Part shown: positions 22,110 through 26,653 of the stretch, in pieces
Position numbering within the stretch: the stretch's first letter is position 1
How the letters are laid out: every line of letters begins with the position of its first letter
DNA from: Macrostomum lignano
Lineage: Eukaryota
Assembly (NCBI GenBank): GCA_002269645.1
Contig: NIVC01001754.1
Location: forward strand, 120,969-147,621
Length of the DNA: 26,653 nucleotides
Reading direction: 5' to 3'
Translations under genes and position numbers: made by a program
Notes under the pieces: model-generated
What the model was told of the DNA's origin: nothing
The model's input: the letters and a program-made list of their open reading frames with translations, nothing else
Databases searched by the model: none

Positions 22110-22233
22110 ACTAGCAAAACTGACTGTTGGACTACGATTCAGCGCAGGGTGTCGGATTCGGTGGATTTCTACCGCAACTGGTCGCAGTACCAAACCGGCT
22201 TTGGCGAGGGACCCGATGGCAACTACTGGATTG
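22110..22233 (+). CDS. FReD gene copy B exon 2
   Basis: cacgcag|ACT acceptor; [42 protein letters not shown]; donor G|GTAATT. Confidence 0.9.
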
Positions 22234-22463
22234 GTAATTGGCTTGTAATGTGCTGTATTCGTTAATATTGCAGGCTATGGTGGCCGAAATAGTTTAGAAT
22301 TAACATCTCAATGAATCGTTATTACTGTTAATCAAATCTTTGTAAAATTCAAAAGACGTAAGGGCTATTTAAGCAACTTGAAATGCAATTACATCGTCGA
22401 AAACTATAAAATTGAACATCTTGAAAAGTTGGAACTTTAGTGAGCTTGAAATTTGTTTAAACA

Positions 22464-23635
22464 TACTTACTCGTATGCTCGTACTTACTTACTACTGAGG
22501 GGGGCAGTATGCCGCGATTAGGCCGCGATGCCCCTATCGCAACCCCAAGCTAAAAACTTTTGCCTTGGGGCTGCGCCCACCCTCGCCAGCAGCGGAAGAG
22601 CTCGCAAGAGTGGCGTTTGAGATCTTCATCCGTCCAGAATCCTGAACGAATGCGCGCAGGTCACGGATCCGGTCCGGAGTGGTGAGCTCGTCAAGCCTTA
22701 GCGGGTGACCGAGGTGACGTCTCCGCGCGTCGTTGAAGTGAGGGCAGAAGGTGACGTGGTGCGCCGAGGTTTCCTCCTTAAATCACAGAATGGGCAGATG
22801 GGGGAGCAACCATTTTGCAGTGAAATATGTCTCTGGAAAAACCCATGGCCTGTGATGACCATGCACATCTCCCTGAGGTCAGTTTTCCTTAAGGAGATTA
22901 GATATTCGGATACTTTCCGGTTTATGGCAGGCAAAGCCTTTCGTGTTTGCCATTATTCGGAGCAGCTATTCCAGTGAACCTGGTGCTGGCGGTTCATCCA
23001 ATCTTGAATTGAATTGAAGTTGGCTGATGACTTCGGAGAAGGTAACTTGACTTAGCTTTGCGCTCCACCCGGGATGCTACCCCGCTTGGCGAGTTGATCC
23101 ACCAGCTCGTTGCCGAGGATTTTGCTATGACCTGGTGTCCAGATAACATTGATCCTGTTGAGAATCGCCAGGGTCTGCAAGCTTTTGGAGCAGTCTAAAA
23201 CTGACTTGGTTGAGAGCTTGATGGAAGACAAGGCCTGGCTGTCAGAGTAAAAGTTTATGTCACAGCTGCTAATGCCAGCCCTGTGAAAATACTCGGCGCA
23301 CTGGTTGATGGCTACAACTTGGGATTGAAAAACCAAGACATTCTCACCAAGATGAAGACCTTCTTCTAAGATCGCTTCGCGCTTGTAGAAAATGGCAATG
23401 CCCGCGCCTGCGAGACCGTCACACAGGGATCCGCCAGTGAAGCAGTGAATACCCTGGCTTCTCCGGTTGATGCCCACGTCCAGTGGGTGGCTCTCTCGTG
23501 GCGGAAGGGTACATTTGAAGACTTTCCTGAAAATGAGAGTGGGGGTTTCCAGTCCTACACAAGGATGTGTTGAAGATCGCGACGGATGTAATCCAGATGT
23601 GGGATGAGAGTCTTCTCAGGCATGAAGCCCAAGGG
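22464..23635 (-). mobile_element. 5'-truncated, decayed LOA-like LINE fragment (RNase H to 3' tail), antisense in FReD B intron 2
   Basis: TLIPHLD...HCFTGGS...FQSQVVAI...YSDSQA...[19 protein letters not shown] and ITGHGFF...CPFC, collinear with the ORF2 C-terminus; catalytic D/E lost; (TAAG)-type tail at 22464-22495. Confidence 0.9.
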
Positions 23636-23765
23636 GGTGTTTTTATATACGAGCTACATGTAAATTGAATTTGTGTTAGACGATTTAATGACGTTTTTAG
23701 CTCGGAAATTTCTGTGTCAGAGTCAGGTTGGGGTTATCGTATGTGGCCCCCCCCCCTACCCGCAG

Positions 23766-24190
23766 GTCTGAATGCTCTACACGCGCTCACCAAAAATGGT
23801 TCACGGAAGCTGCTGGTTCTGATGAGGCTGTGGAATGACAACGAAGGTTGGGCTGAGTACTCGAGCTTCAGCGTAGGTCCGGAGTCCGACAATTACCGGC
23901 TGACCGTGTCGGGTTTCTCAGCCAGCGACGGGGTTGGCGACTCCATGGTCTACAGCAACAACCAAAAGTTCACCACATTTGACGCTGATCACGATGCCAG
24001 AGCTGGGAGCAACTGCGCTATAGTTTATATCGGAGCCTGGTGGTACAAGAGCTGCTTCAAATCGCACCTGAATGGACCATACAAGAGTTATTCGGAAGCC
24101 ATCGGAGGTCCCTTCGCCATTGGCGTCATTTGGAGTTTCAACTATGGATTTCATTACTCGCTGAAGGATGTCGAGATGCTGGTTCTATAG
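23766..24190 (+). CDS. FReD gene copy B exon 3 (intact); joined CDS 324+124+425=873 nt, 290 aa
   Basis: cccgcag|GT acceptor; GLNALHALT...AEYSSFSVGPESDNYRL...FTTFDADHD...NCA...GAWWYKSCFKSHLNG...YSLKDVEMLVL*. Confidence 0.92.
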
Positions 24191-24432
24191 GTTTCCATGA
24201 ACAGCTGACTCAAAAGACTACGCTCCTAGTTGACGATCCTCTCAGGTCCTTCAGTTGACCTCAGTATGCACCGATTTAACAAAAGACCAGCTAGCTGGGA
24301 ATGAGGTTTCAATGATGTTTACGAGAGTCATATCAAAAGTGACTCGTCTGTATCAGTTTTAACTCTCGACCAAGGTGAATATATTGAACTGCAACCTCAC
24401 ACAAACCTGATTGCATTTCATTTCAACCTGTT

Positions 24433-24438
24433 AATAAA
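24433..24438 (+). promoter_or_regulatory. Candidate polyadenylation signal for FReD copy B
   Basis: AATAAA ~240 nt after the stop; the region is AT-rich, so the evidence is weak. Confidence 0.35.
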
Positions 24439-24461
24439 ATCTAAAAATCTAAAAATAAAAT

Positions 24462-24538
24462 AAGCATCATGTCAGACATAAAAGAAGCGTCATGTCAGAC
24501 ATAAAAGAAGCGTCATGTCAGACATAAAAGAAGCGTCA
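24462..24538. repeat. 23-bp tandem repeat, ~3.3 copies
   Basis: Unit gcgtcatgtcagacataaaagaa. Confidence 0.93.
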
Positions 24539-24981
24539 CGTGAAACTGTGCTGTGGCTCTTGGGTAGAATTACCGAGACGTCAAGGCTTACCCGGGGGGG
24601 GATTTCTTGAAAGCCAAGGCTTACGGCCGAGGGGGGGACTGCTAAGATATCATGGCAGATTTCAGAAGGTACATTTAGTTTATTCAAAAAAATATTCCAT
24701 TCTTTGTTGCGATACCCCTTACGGGGGGGGGCGCTGATTGCTAGTTTGATCTAAAAACATCGATCACCATCGATCAATTGTTGTGGAAGAATTCGTTTAG
24801 TAAAACAACCACTAAAGTGCAGTCGCTGCTTCCTGGTCTAAGCTGCCAGTTTAGTTTCTGGGGTTTCTCAGAGAACTTTCTGAACCAAGTCTCGCTCATT
24901 TATAGATTGCATCCTTACCTCGACTCTTGACATTGACGCAAACTACTTTTTAGTTGTACACAAGTCTGAGACTTCTTTAAG

Positions 24982-25316
24982 GGGCCGTATGCAGAAAGCC
25001 TAGTCCAGACTAGCTAGTCCGGACTTGGGTAGTTCTGCATACCAAATCCAAGTCTAGACTAGTTTTTCAAGACCGGACTACTCTAGACAGAGCTAGACAG
25101 AGCTTTCTGCATACGGCCCAGAGCTAGTCACTAGACAGAGTTCTGTCTAGGGTAGTCCGGTCTTGAAAAACTAGTCTAGACTTGGATTTGGTATGCAGAA
25201 ACACAAAGTTAGACCAGTCTACTATAGCAGAACTAGGCTAGCTAGACCATAGACTATAGACTGAACTACCCAAGTCCGGACTAGCTAGTCTGGACTAGGC
25301 TTTCTTCATACGGCCC
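24982..25316. mobile_element. MITE-like element with ~54-bp terminal inverted repeats and nested internal inverted repeats
   Basis: gggccgtatgcagaaagcctagtccagactagctagtccggacttgggtagttc (24982-25035) is the reverse complement of 25263-25316 with 1 mismatch; second inverted pair 25033-25092 / 25141-25200; no clean TSD. Confidence 0.82.
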
Positions 25317-26254
25317 TTGTCTAACACAACTACTATTTATTTTCCTGGCTAAATAAACTACTTATAGCGATATCATTTGCAAAACCACAAAACTGGGCCC
25401 TGGGGCTACTACTCTTGCAAGAGATTTTAAAGTCGTGAAACCTGCCTCAGAAACAACTCAGACGTTTACTGCATTTTCCACTAGAAAAAAAATTATTGAT
25501 AGACTTAAAACTTTGCAACCAAAATCAGTAGGGTTTCTTCTAAATTGCTGTAATTTCTCTGAAAACTTAGAAACGGTTGATCTAAAAGACAATTATCTAT
25601 CTTTTTCTGAACAAGTAAATTCTTAACAGTGCTACTCGAGTAAAAGGAACGGCAACTCAAAATAAACTACTGAAACCAAAATTTACACAGTTGAAGACAA
25701 AAGGCAAGTAAAAATTTAAAGGCAAAAAGAAAGGTGAATGTATTTATCTTTATTTCAGTTACAGATCAGTTTACATATAGTCTGTGAATCAAGAGTCAGC
25801 TTAATGTCAAGACTAGACACTTGCAAGCTAAATAAACAAAAAGCGTCCTCATCTCAACAGTAGAGAGCAGAAATTTTAAAAAGATCTGCTTAATTTTCAA
25901 TTAAAGTTGTGAAATTCATTTCCGCATTAAAGTTAGGGTCTGACTACTTCAAAGTAAAACAGCTGAAAAATATCTTTTGATGTTGTGAAAAACTCAAGTT
26001 AACAAAATTGTGAACCAAATAAAGACAATCTAGAAAAGCCAGGAATAAGTGTCTTATTGCCACCTGATTGCACATTATTAATTTAAAATTATTAGCTGAG
26101 ACTAACAGAGGCAGTGATCGATTAAACATGGTATAATTTATATATCATAGAAAATGTTACCAGTTCTAAATCTCTATAAAAATAAAATAGAAAAACAGAA
26201 GCTATGATACACAGCCAGTGTTAGGCACTTGAGCTTCCACTCAATCCTCTCACA

Positions 26255-26405
26255 GCACCCACCTCACCCCAGCACGCACTGATAAGAACTCGCCTCTCAC
26301 CCACCCCACTCCGCCCAGCAGCCACCTCACGCCAGCACGCACTGATAAAATATTGCCACTCACCACCCCCTTCTGTGCAACACTCGACACCCCACGCCAG
26401 CACAT
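26255..26405. repeat. Imperfect C/A-rich repeat
   Basis: ccacctcac.ccagcacgcactgataa occurs twice (~26259, ~26322), with a partial third cacgccagcac. Confidence 0.6.
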
Positions 26406-26653
26406 TAACGACACATCGAGATTTAAATCAAGTAGAATTTCTACACAATACAAGTATTAGTATTCTGACGTAAGATCGTACATTATTCATAGCATAGCTC
26501 GTATGTAGGCGCTTCATCTCGTTGATATTATTCAACGAACTTGCACAGGCCGCACTACTTGTCGTCAGTAGCCAGTTGCAGGACTGAAAATGTTGATAGA
26601 AATGGGAGAGATTTTAACTGAGGAAGCTGTGGAACTCTTCATCTAAAAATCTA

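Noticed and set aside
22446-23681. Possible decayed TSD around the antisense LINE fragment (ttgaaatttgtttaaac / ttgaatttgtgttagac)
   Set aside because: AT-rich, several mismatches, and not directly adjacent to the 5' truncation point

Overview
Eukaryotic (animal) genomic DNA with spliceosomal introns and many repeats. The host cannot be proven from sequence; the style suggests an invertebrate such as a macrostomid flatworm (inference only). In order: a decayed, internally deleted Ty3/Gypsy pol fragment (-); a ~680-bp foldback element; a 3-exon IAP-like gene (divergent BIR, UBA-like, RING; ~320 aa) with a 42-bp minisatellite in intron 1; and two tandem paralogues of a secreted PAN-like + fibrinogen C-terminal (FReD) gene separated by a ~2.8-kb 16-bp satellite. 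Copy A has a 1-nt frameshift. Copy B has intact exons but carries a full-length, apparently intact LOA-type non-LTR retrotransposon at its exon 1 splice donor and an old antisense LOA fragment in intron 2. A nested-palindrome MITE-like element follows. Most notable: the LINE's 13-bp TSD duplicates the host 5' splice site; splice acceptors in the LINE 5' UTR are in frame with both host exon 1 and ORF1; the FReD paralogues have near-identical exon 1 but diverged exons 2-3; and a 24-bp minisatellite is expanded in copy A with its seed visible in copy B. All alignments and counts were done by eye.
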